Virus record (IMG/VR): IMGVR_UViG_3300047510_000439
Strand: one strand, 5' to 3'
DNA length: 64,000 bases
Origin: a virus
Position 1 is the stretch's first letter; each line of letters begins with the position of its first letter. A program made the position numbers and the translations under genes. Positions 35,287 to 43,648 of the stretch are shown here, in pieces. The notes below the pieces were generated by a model. The model searched no databases and was not told the DNA's origin. It saw nothing but the letters and a program-made list of their open reading frames with translations.

Positions 35287-36296
35287 TATAACCCGTGATA
35301 TATTTCTAGCAGTGTTTTCTTGTCAAAATTATCAGTATCAAGTTCTGATATTTCGCCCGCAACAATTTGATCTACGGATTCAAATCCGCTGATATCTAAA
35401 TTAGTTGAAATTTCTTCAATCTGTTTCTGCGGTATCAGTGTAATTTCTCTACAGTCATATGTAGACATAAATGTTTCTTTGATAAAATTTGCTTCTTCGT
35501 AGCTGATTGGAATGTCCAGAGTAACACGCAGATACATCTTTGATTTGATTATTTCTTCTGTCTTATCCAATAGCTTTGACAATGATACAGTCCTATACTT
35601 AGGACAATTATCCCAATTAATATACTCTGGTTCACCGTCATTTTCTTTATCAAGAATCATCATACCTCGTGCATCGTCCCATGCATCTGCATAGTTGTGC
35701 GGAAATGCATTGCCAATGTAGTGTATTGCGCCCTGTTGTTGACGCTTATGAAAGTGTCCTGAGAACACATACTTTTGATGTTTGAAGTGTTCTGCTTTGA
35801 GATCGCCGTGATCAGGCATCTGTACCATAGCATTCATATAAAAGTAAGGAAGTTCAAAATGTCCAAACATATATTTTGTTTTGATCTTTTCGATATTCTT
35901 CCATTCGTCTCCAACAAGCCACGGAATTAGTGCAACATCTTCACTAACCATAATCTTGTCTACAAATGTGATGCCTGGTATGTGTCTACCAAATGCAGTT
36001 GATGAAACATCACGCTTATCTTTGTAGTACATGTCGTGGTTTCCAACAAACATGTAGAAGTTTTCAAAGGCAGCACCTAGCTTTTCCATGCTGCGAATAG
36101 TTGCATCCATAGTTGCTAGATTGAGGCTGTTTCTATTGTGATGCCAGTCTCCACAAAAAATGCCTGTTTCACAACCCTGCTCCTTAGCAGTGGCAATGAA
36201 CCAGTCTACGAATTCTTCGCAGTCATTGTTGTGTACTGTAGAGTTACCTTTCAATCCAAAGTGGATATCAGTAAATACTGCTGCCTTTTTAAACAA
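35286..36296 (-). CDS. gp47: recombination endonuclease nuclease subunit, gp47 (Mre11/SbcD-like), 336 aa, TTG start
   Basis: Calcineurin-type phosphoesterase motifs FTDIHFG, CGDWHH, VGNHD, GHFE and SGHFH. GGAG lies 8 nt upstream of the TTG. The gene overlaps the gp46 start. Confidence 0.9.
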   Translation of the reverse strand: MFKKAAVFTDIHFGLKGNSTVHNNDCEEFVDWFIATAKEQGCETGIFCGDWHHNRNSLNLATMDATIRSMEKLGAAFENFYMFVGNHDMYYKDKRDVSSTAFGRHIPGITFVDKIMVSEDVALIPWLVGDEWKNIEKIKTKYMFGHFELPYFYMNAMVQMPDHGDLKAEHFKHQKYVFSGHFHKRQQQGAIHYIGNAFPHNYADAWDDARGMMILDKENDGEPEYINWDNCPKYRTVSLSKLLDKTEEIIKSKMYLRVTLDIPISYEEANFIKETFMSTYDCREITLIPQKQIEEISTNLDISGFESVDQIVAGEISELDTDNFDKKTLLEIYHGL

Positions 36297-36319
36297 AGTT
36301 ATACTCCAATTGTTTTACT

Positions 36320-36348
36320 AGTGTAAGATAAGATGTAATAAAAGTCAA
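36320..36348 (-). promoter_or_regulatory. sigma70-like promoter TTGACT-17 nt-TACACT upstream of gp47
   Basis: Minus strand reads TTGACTtttattacatcttatctTACACT, about 25 nt upstream of the TTG start. Confidence 0.4.
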
Positions 36349-36356
36349 GACTAATT

Positions 36357-37187
36357 TTACGAATCGCCGTTGCTGTCATTGTATCTTTTTTGAGCTGCTT
36401 CAAATTCGCCTTGATGCTGTCTTGTAAATGACGGATTCAAATCATTCATTTCTAAGATGTCGTCGCGAATATTTTGATTACGCTTTTCAATATTAATAAC
36501 TCGCACGAAACTGTTAGTAACGGCAGCAGTATAATAAGCAAAAGGATTGTTAGACTTACTTTCATCGAATTGTAATCCTATCTGTGTGAGTTGTAAAATG
36601 GCTTGCCCGCGCATTTCATCGTTGTAAGTATAACCTCGAACGTTGCCTCTAGTAGCGTATCTTTCGCATAGCTTCATCCACATCATTGCAAGGGTTCTTG
36701 TAGCTTGTCCGTGATCTTTTGAAAATTGTCCGTTCTGCATACCGCCAGTCCAATGACTTTTTCCTACGCAGACTAACTCGTCGTTGTCGTCAAATTTCCA
36801 ATGTTGGAACGGTGGAAAGTTTAATTTGGTTTTGCTGTCTGCAATACTTTTGGGGTTTTTCTTTCGCCCACTTTCGTCCGGTATATGATCAAATGTCATT
36901 ATACGAAATACAAGATCAGTCTTGTTTATTTTCTTATAATCAACTTCGCAATCACTTTGCTTAATCTTTTCTCCTGCTGCTCGCCTTGCATCGTAACTTT
37001 CGTTACCTAGCTTTTTAGCTTTATTGCGTTTAGCTTCTGCAACTGTTCTTACATTGATTTTTTCTAGACTAGGCAAAATGATGTCATAGTCGCCGTATTC
37101 TGGTGATACATAGCTACAATACGTATTTTTTGATTTATGAATCTCTGCTAGTATGTCTTTATTGTTTAAATAATTTTTTGTTTTCAT
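36357..37187 (-). CDS. gp55: late-transcription sigma factor, gp55-like (276 aa from ATG 37187)
   Basis: KNYLNNKDILAEIHKSK compares with T4 gp55 YNYVNNKELLQAIIDWK. NNPFAYYTAAVTNSFVRVINIEKRNQ compares with [25 protein letters not shown] (from memory). The track start (GTG 37205) is probably wrong: GGAGA sits 7 nt upstream of ATG 37187. Confidence 0.8.
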   Translation of the reverse strand: MKTKNYLNNKDILAEIHKSKNTYCSYVSPEYGDYDIILPSLEKINVRTVAEAKRNKAKKLGNESYDARRAAGEKIKQSDCEVDYKKINKTDLVFRIMTFDHIPDESGRKKNPKSIADSKTKLNFPPFQHWKFDDNDELVCVGKSHWTGGMQNGQFSKDHGQATRTLAMMWMKLCERYATRGNVRGYTYNDEMRGQAILQLTQIGLQFDESKSNNPFAYYTAAVTNSFVRVINIEKRNQNIRDDILEMNDLNPSFTRQHQGEFEAAQKRYNDSNGDS

Positions 37188-37239
37188 TTTGATTCTCCGG
37201 ATCACTAACTATTATAATATACATAGATAATTTTGTCAA

Positions 37240-37246
37240 CTAAATA
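37240..37246 (+). promoter_or_regulatory. late-promoter-like motif CTAAATA(CT)
   Basis: caaCTAAATACTtacAGGAGAgtatctATG, 17 nt upstream of ATG 37264. Confidence 0.4.
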
Positions 37247-37263
37247 CTTACAGGAGAGTATCT

Positions 37264-38241
37264 ATGTCATTATTTGGTGGTTTTAATATAGGCGGTGCAA
37301 TTAACAGTGCAACATCTAACTTTTCTAGTGTCTCGGGTGTTATAGGCAGCATTACTGGCGGCCTCAACTCAACACTGGGTAAATTTAACAGCCAATTTGG
37401 CGGCATACTTGCAGGCACTAACATTGGCAGTACTATTAATAAAGCAGCTAGAGTAGCTGGTATAGTTGATAACTTATTAGGCAATGGCTCTAGACTCAAA
37501 AATATAGGTGGCGCCTTCCGCGGTGTAGGCAATGCAGCACAGGGAGTGTTTGTTGGAGCTAACCCTCGTGACAGATCTGTACAAGTTGCCATAGCTAGAG
37601 AAGACGCTGTTTCAAACAGAACAGATACATCAACAGCTGGTGACTGGCGTGTTAGTTTAAGTGTTCCTGCTGACATAGCAACTAGTCCTGTTTTTGCTTC
37701 TTTTTCTGGTACAGGTAGAACTGGAGGCAGAATGGTGTTTCCTTTTAATCCAACAATATTGTTAGGGCATACTGCTTCATATGCAAAAATTTCGCCTACA
37801 CATACTAATTACCCCTTCAACGCATATCAGAACAGCAGTATTGATAATATAACTATTACAGGTGATTTTTACAACGAGAACGAAGCTGATGCACTATATT
37901 GGGTAGCTTGCTTACATTTCTTAAGAACTATGACCAAAATGTTTTATGGCAGTGGTGATAAAACTGGTAATCCTCCTTTAGTATCAAGACTAAACGGTTA
38001 TGGGAAATATGTTCTTAATGATATTCCTGTAGTTATAACAAACTTTACAGTAGATCTGCCTCAGGATGTTGATTACATTCCTGTGGTTGTACCAGGAGAT
38101 TCGTCCCCAAACTATGTACCAACTAAATCAACGGTTACTGTTACTTGCCAGCCAAATTATGCAAGACGTGCTGTGTCAAGATTTGATCTTAAGAAGTTTG
38201 CTGAAGGTGGATTTATTAACGGTAAGGAAGGTTTTGTATAA
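37264..38241 (+). CDS. baseplate tail-tube cap/initiator, gp48/gp54-like (325 aa)
   Basis: FPFNPTILLGHTASY...ITITGDFYNENEADALYWVACLHFLRTMTKMFYG...GNPPLVSRLNGYG...VDYIP matches the gp48/gp54 family pattern as I recall it. Confidence 0.6.
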   Translation: MSLFGGFNIGGAINSATSNFSSVSGVIGSITGGLNSTLGKFNSQFGGILAGTNIGSTINKAARVAGIVDNLLGNGSRLKNIGGAFRGVGNAAQGVFVGANPRDRSVQVAIAREDAVSNRTDTSTAGDWRVSLSVPADIATSPVFASFSGTGRTGGRMVFPFNPTILLGHTASYAKISPTHTNYPFNAYQNSSIDNITITGDFYNENEADALYWVACLHFLRTMTKMFYGSGDKTGNPPLVSRLNGYGKYVLNDIPVVITNFTVDLPQDVDYIPVVVPGDSSPNYVPTKSTVTVTCQPNYARRAVSRFDLKKFAEGGFINGKEGFV

Positions 38242-38546
38242 TGGCAACTAATAGTAAGACACTAGGTCCTTACGGCACAACTAATATTACAAGTTCTGGG
38301 TATCTTGATATTATGAAAATACGTGCTGTACCTGCAGCCTCTGATGATATTCTTTATGAAATAACTTCGTCTTATACACATAGACCTGATTTATTAGCTT
38401 ACGATCTCTACGGAGAAAAAAATCTATGGTGGATTTTTGCGCAAAGAAACTTAGACGTTATTAAAGATCCTATCTATGACTTTGTTGCAGGTACAAAAAT
38501 ATATCTTCCACAGGGACAAAAATTGAGACAGCTTTTAGGAAAGTAA
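38241..38546 (+). CDS. LysM-like / tail-protein-X-like small baseplate protein (101 aa)
   Basis: YTHRPDLLAYDLYGEKNLWWIFAQRNLDVIKDPIYDFVAGTKIYLP resembles the R.D.lA...YG...LWW.i...N.....P......G..i.iP pattern. Its start overlaps the previous stop. Confidence 0.5.
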   Translation: MATNSKTLGPYGTTNITSSGYLDIMKIRAVPAASDDILYEITSSYTHRPDLLAYDLYGEKNLWWIFAQRNLDVIKDPIYDFVAGTKIYLPQGQKLRQLLGK

Positions 38547-38547
38547 G

Positions 38548-41500
38548 ATGGCCATATCATTAGGATCTATATCAAGCGGTGTGACTAGTGCTATTAATGG
38601 AATAACATCTTCTTTTAATACTCTCACGACAAATACGTTTTCAAATAGTTCTAATTTTCCTAACGGTGTAAATGCTGTTTCTAGAAATCTTTCTCAAAAC
38701 GGTTCTGCCAATCCTAATGCTAATCCACTGTCTGCTATTGGTGGATTGTCAAATCAATTATTAGGTGATTTTAACCCTGTTTCAAAGTTATTAAATCAAG
38801 GCGGCGCAGCACTTGGTGCAATAAACAAGCTGAGTAGTTTAGGATCTACAACCAGTCTAGGAGGACTGCTAGGAGGCCAATCTAAACCTCCGTCTGTACA
38901 AAGTCTTATAGCAGGCAAATTAAAATCTTCAAATTTAGGATCTTTTGCAGCTACGATTGAAAGTTTAGGTTCTATAGGATCAACTGTTGCAAAAAGCAAT
39001 ATTGGCCCGTTTAATTCAGTAACGGTGGTTAATAGGAGTTCTGCTGACCTTTCTGGTGTAGCACTGATACAACGTGCTAGAACTTTTATGGAATCTTACA
39101 AACCAGAAGTAGGTCAAGGGTCAGCTAAAAATGACGGTATAACTAACTATGTAAAAACTCCTGAAGGCAGAATTTTAAATCCTTTAAGAGATTCTAATTC
39201 TAACAATTATATCATAACACTGGGCATTTTAGATGCCGACCAAGTAAACAACCCGTCAAGCTATCGTAATGCTGACGGATTTAAAAAAGTATTACTAAAG
39301 TCTGGCGGCGGCCTAAGAAGTTCTGGTTATGCTAAAAGGATTAGAACTTTTGCTGAGGGCGAAGAAGACGCAGAATATTTTATTGAAGATCTTGAAGTCA
39401 GTGCAGTTATATGTCCAAATCCTAACACCAGTACAGCTTTAGGAACTAACGTTACTTTTAAAATTATAGAACCATACAGTATGGGAAAAATTATTGAGGC
39501 CATGATGATAGGCTCTCAAGAATGCGGGTTTTCTAGCTACTTAGAAGCACCGTTTTGTATTAAAATAGAATTTTTAGGTTGGGATGAGAATGGAGAAAAA
39601 GATGCATATATAACTCCTCCGGCATATATTCCAATAAGAATTAATAAGATGGATCTTAACATAGGACAGCAAGGTAGCACCTATCAATGTACTGCTGTTC
39701 CGTTTAATGAATCTGCTCTAAGTGACGTTGCAAATAAAACAAAAGTAGCTACTAGCGCATACGGTGATACTGTACATGCTATTTTAGAAACTAGTAAAGA
39801 ATCTGTTACTTATACGGTCAATGGTCAAATAGAAACACTTGAAGATAAGAAAGTTATAAAAGGATATGATCGATATCTAATCTGTTTTCCAAAAACACAA
39901 CAGGATCTAATAAAGGCAATAGAAAGTAAAAGTGTTGATACAAGCGCACTAAAAGCAACACAAGATGCCGACGATCAAGAAAGACGTCGTAGGGGCATTG
40001 GAGAACCTGTGCGCAATCCTAATCCTAATGCTGCCGCAGCCTCGGTGCCTGTAATCAGTACAGCACCGAACACTTATTTGTTCTTAAAGGCCTGGGCTGA
40101 AAATACAGCTAATATGAATGATTTTGGCCTAAGCCCTGTAGTAGTAGATACTAGAGCTGGTGGCGATCAGTCACATGGTCGTGCTGGCGCTGTAATTAAT
40201 CAAGAAACTTCGACTATACAAAGAGACAGTCCGTCAAATGCACCTTCGGAAAAATCTAGAAAATTTAATTTTACTGAAGGCGCTAAAATGACAGATATCA
40301 TAACAGAAGTTTTGATGAGCAGTTCTTATGTTCAGGAACAAGCAGCAGCACCTTCACAAAACGGGTTTAAAAAACATTTTAGAATTGAAACTATGGTATT
40401 TGTAGAGCCCGACGAAGGGGGTATACAGGCGCAGATTGGTAGACCTAGAAAAACATATGTGTATGCTGTACATCCTTATTGGACATATGAAGCTAGGCAG
40501 TTAGCCCCGGGTCAAACTCCTGCTAATGTAACTCAGGTAAAAGACCAAGCAAAAAAAGAGTACAACTATTACTATACTGGTCAAAATGAAGATGTGTTAG
40601 ATTTTGATATAAATTTTAATCTAGCATTTTTCCAAAATATTAGATCTGATATAGGACAGAATTCAGCTACTACAATAGGTCAAGAAAACACTTCTACAGG
40701 ACCAAGACCTGGTACAGTTGTTGCTTCTAGTGGTGACACTCCAACACCTGCTAGCAACAATGGTGAAGCAGTTCCGGGTGTAGAATATACTGCATCTAAT
40801 CGATCTGTATCCAGCGGCGGCACTAGAATAGGAACTGTTGATCAAAGTGTTAAACGGGCTATTGCAGAAGAATTTCACAATAGGCTTATTAACAGTCCTG
40901 CAGACATGGTTACAGCAGAAATGACAATTTGGGGAGATCCTTATTACATTCCCTCTAGTGTAGGAAATTATAATCCTGCGCCCGGCGAACCAACGGTTAC
41001 TGCTGATGGCACTATGTCATACATGCGTGATGAAGTTTTTGTGGTTATAAACTTTTTAACTCCGTTAGATTATTTTATGAACGGATCTACAATGGATTTT
41101 CCAACCTATGTTAGACCTTTCAGCGGACTTTATCAAGTAGTGACTGCAACTAGTACTTTTTCTGCAGGAACATTTAAACAGCTTTTAAAAGTAATAAGAG
41201 TTCCCGGACAAAATGGCGAACCAGGAACAGTTAATAATTCTGGTGTATTGCAGACAGGGGCTAGAGAAAATGTAACAGTACCCGATGTTGCTCAAAATAT
41301 TAATCCTAATCCAGAACAAGCACCACTTGCAGCACCTACTTCTGCAGATGTAGATCGTACTCTTACTGGTATACAAAATCTTAATATAGATGAAGGATCA
41401 GCAGCATCGTTTTCTCAAGCTAGATTAATGACAGGTGAAACTCCAGCCTCGCCTTCACAAGTGGTAACTAATCCTCTATCCAGCATTGCTAGTGTTATAC

Positions 41501-41886
41501 CTGCAGAAGAATTAGCAAACCTTCCAATAGATTCGGCGTCAAGATTAGGCATTACGGCTAATCTAACTTCTACGATATTTCCTTTAAAATTACCAAATAA
41601 TTTTTCTAGTGGTTTGCCGTCTTTGGCAGCAGTTAATGCTTCAAATTTATCTAGTACACTACAACGTAGCGGATTAAATGTTCCTGCTAACGGGTCATTA
41701 CCATTTAATCTTCCTTCAGCACCTAATCTGCCACCGTTACCTGGAATAGGCGGCAGTTTAACAACAGCAGCAGGAGCACTAACTAGTAACGAAACTATAG
41801 GACGTATCCAATCTTCAGTAAATTCTTTAGCGTCAGGATTAAGTACTCAAGCTAGGGCTGTAGGTTTGCGTCCACCTACTGGTTAA
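38548..41886 (+). CDS. large baseplate/hub-associated structural protein (1112 aa), function unassigned
   Basis: Long ORF in the baseplate operon with Ser/Gly/Asn-rich termini. No confident family call. Confidence 0.7.
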   Translation: MAISLGSISSGVTSAINGITSSFNTLTTNTFSNSSNFPNGVNAVSRNLSQNGSANPNANPLSAIGGLSNQLLGDFNPVSKLLNQGGAALGAINKLSSLGSTTSLGGLLGGQSKPPSVQSLIAGKLKSSNLGSFAATIESLGSIGSTVAKSNIGPFNSVTVVNRSSADLSGVALIQRARTFMESYKPEVGQGSAKNDGITNYVKTPEGRILNPLRDSNSNNYIITLGILDADQVNNPSSYRNADGFKKVLLKSGGGLRSSGYAKRIRTFAEGEEDAEYFIEDLEVSAVICPNPNTSTALGTNVTFKIIEPYSMGKIIEAMMIGSQECGFSSYLEAPFCIKIEFLGWDENGEKDAYITPPAYIPIRINKMDLNIGQQGSTYQCTAVPFNESALSDVANKTKVATSAYGDTVHAILETSKESVTYTVNGQIETLEDKKVIKGYDRYLICFPKTQQDLIKAIESKSVDTSALKATQDADDQERRRRGIGEPVRNPNPNAAAASVPVISTAPNTYLFLKAWAENTANMNDFGLSPVVVDTRAGGDQSHGRAGAVINQETSTIQRDSPSNAPSEKSRKFNFTEGAKMTDIITEVLMSSSYVQEQAAAPSQNGFKKHFRIETMVFVEPDEGGIQAQIGRPRKTYVYAVHPYWTYEARQLAPGQTPANVTQVKDQAKKEYNYYYTGQNEDVLDFDINFNLAFFQNIRSDIGQNSATTIGQENTSTGPRPGTVVASSGDTPTPASNNGEAVPGVEYTASNRSVSSGGTRIGTVDQSVKRAIAEEFHNRLINSPADMVTAEMTIWGDPYYIPSSVGNYNPAPGEPTVTADGTMSYMRDEVFVVINFLTPLDYFMNGSTMDFPTYVRPFSGLYQVVTATSTFSAGTFKQLLKVIRVPGQNGEPGTVNNSGVLQTGARENVTVPDVAQNINPNPEQAPLAAPTSADVDRTLTGIQNLNIDEGSAASFSQARLMTGETPASPSQVVTNPLSSIASVIPAEELANLPIDSASRLGITANLTSTIFPLKLPNNFSSGLPSLAAVNASNLSSTLQRSGLNVPANGSLPFNLPSAPNLPPLPGIGGSLTTAAGALTSNETIGRIQSSVNSLASGLSTQARAVGLRPPTG

Positions 41887-41897
41887 TGGAATATTAA

Positions 41898-43640
41898 ATG
41901 GCAACACAATCAATCACACAACAAGATAAAGCAGTATTAAACTTATGTTCTAAAAAAGAAGCTAAGAGTTATAATACTGTCTACGGTGGCGACGAAGTAA
42001 ATCTTGTTGAAAAAACTGTCGCAGAAGTTATTCTCTGGCAATCTGAAATTGTAAGAACTCGCAGAAATTGGTCTAGTGCTGTAGGCAAGTATCAAATGCT
42101 TAAGGCAATTGTTGAAGAAGAATCTAAAGCCTTTACTCTTGATCCAACACAAACTAGATACACCGCTGATGTACAAGACGCTATGATGATAAAGCGTTTA
42201 TCACGTTTTCGTAAATATAATCAATTTAAGTCAAAGAGTCTTGGCGGTTCAGAATTAGAAAACGCACAGAAATTTTGTGTTGAACTAGCAAAAGAATTTG
42301 CTAGTATTCCTGTGCCTTATGATATGAGAGGTGCGCATCGACAGGTTCAAAAAGGCCAATCATTTTATGCAGGAGACGGCACAAATAAAGCACATCATAA
42401 CCCTGACACGTTTGTAGCTGCGTTAATAGATATAAGAGCTGGAGGCACTGGCGCTACAGTTAAAGATGTAGAAACTAGTAACGGATCTGTAACAGGAAGC
42501 AATGCTCATTCACCACAAGGTGAATCTAATAGAGCAAGAATGAATAATTTTGCTACCGGCGGTGGTACACATGATGGCAGACGTGTTACAGGAAATAATA
42601 CAACAGCACAGCGACAGGGCTTGCCGCCTGCAGAAAATGTATACGTTTATGAAGTAATAGATCCTCTTGACGATAGATATGATTTTAGAACGGGTAAAAA
42701 AGTAACTGATATAACGTTGTATGGAACATCGTCTGTTGCAGCATATAACCAAGCCAACAGTGCGACAGCAGCAAACACACCTGCTTCTCAAGCAGGTGTA
42801 GCATCTGCAGATGGTGTCAAAGATCCTGAAAATTTTACAGAAGAAGAACTTAGAAATCTAATGGAAGGTAGAGATCGTGTAGCAACACAGCCTGGAAGAT
42901 ACTCTGATCTGTTTACAGATCCTTATGATCCTAGCCAACTACTAACAGTGCCAGGAAGACTTCCACCAACACCAATTCCGGGATCTACTCCACCAAGAGC
43001 AGAACCAAGGTCAGGACTGTTTGGCCCAGCCCCAAGAGGATTACCAAAGCCTCCGGAAAAACAGGCAAGCAATATACCAACATTGCTGACGGGCGCAATA
43101 TTAGCCGGCGGCTTGCTGTTGACTAAACCAAAACAAGAACAAACAAATAAGAGAGATAACTCTGTTAGATTACAACAGTCTCTTGATAAAGCAAAACGAG
43201 ACATTGCTAGTTTGATTTCTACAATGACACAAATTTACAACAATCAGAGCGAGTCTTATGGTACATTTTTACAGAGCGAATTGATTGTAGCACAAACAAC
43301 GCTTAATACTGCTAGAGCAAATTTAATAACAGCTCAAGCAGGCGGAAATCCTACAGAGATCGCCGCCGCCGAAGCAGCAGTTTTTACTGCACAAACTAGA
43401 GTAACAGGACTGCAAAATAAAATCAATCTAGGATCTCCATACGGACTAACTACAGCCGAACGTCAGCGTAGAACAAGAGAAGATCCTACTTATAATAATT
43501 CGTTAGCTGACTTAACTACTCTAGTAAATGTAACAGTTCCTAGAATAGTTTCCCAAGCTAGAAGTTTTGGAATAGATTTAATTCAACCAAATATGAGCGC
43601 ACAAATATCAGCAGTTCCACCAGTGGTAACATTTAGTTAA
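41898..43640 (+). CDS. tail-associated protein with N-terminal lambda-R-like (GH104-type) lytic transglycosylase domain, one TM segment and coiled-coil tail (580 aa)
   Basis: YNTVYGGDEV...SSAVGKYQMLKAIVEEESKAFTLDP..TRYTADVQDAMMIKRL compares with lambda R YDVIVGG...STGAGRYQLLSRWWDAYRKQLGL..FSPKSQDAVALQQI (from memory). The TM segment is IPTLLTGAILAGGLLL. Confidence 0.6.
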   Translation: MATQSITQQDKAVLNLCSKKEAKSYNTVYGGDEVNLVEKTVAEVILWQSEIVRTRRNWSSAVGKYQMLKAIVEEESKAFTLDPTQTRYTADVQDAMMIKRLSRFRKYNQFKSKSLGGSELENAQKFCVELAKEFASIPVPYDMRGAHRQVQKGQSFYAGDGTNKAHHNPDTFVAALIDIRAGGTGATVKDVETSNGSVTGSNAHSPQGESNRARMNNFATGGGTHDGRRVTGNNTTAQRQGLPPAENVYVYEVIDPLDDRYDFRTGKKVTDITLYGTSSVAAYNQANSATAANTPASQAGVASADGVKDPENFTEEELRNLMEGRDRVATQPGRYSDLFTDPYDPSQLLTVPGRLPPTPIPGSTPPRAEPRSGLFGPAPRGLPKPPEKQASNIPTLLTGAILAGGLLLTKPKQEQTNKRDNSVRLQQSLDKAKRDIASLISTMTQIYNNQSESYGTFLQSELIVAQTTLNTARANLITAQAGGNPTEIAAAEAAVFTAQTRVTGLQNKINLGSPYGLTTAERQRRTREDPTYNNSLADLTTLVNVTVPRIVSQARSFGIDLIQPNMSAQISAVPPVVTFS

Positions 43641-43648
43641 GGATTACA

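Noticed and set aside
37248-37676. 142 aa minus-strand ORF from the track
   Set aside because: It lies entirely antisense to the 5' part of the gp48/54-like gene and overlaps the gp55/baseplate divergent promoter region. It has an Ala/Leu/Pro-rich shadow composition and no SD, so it is most likely a mirror-frame artefact.
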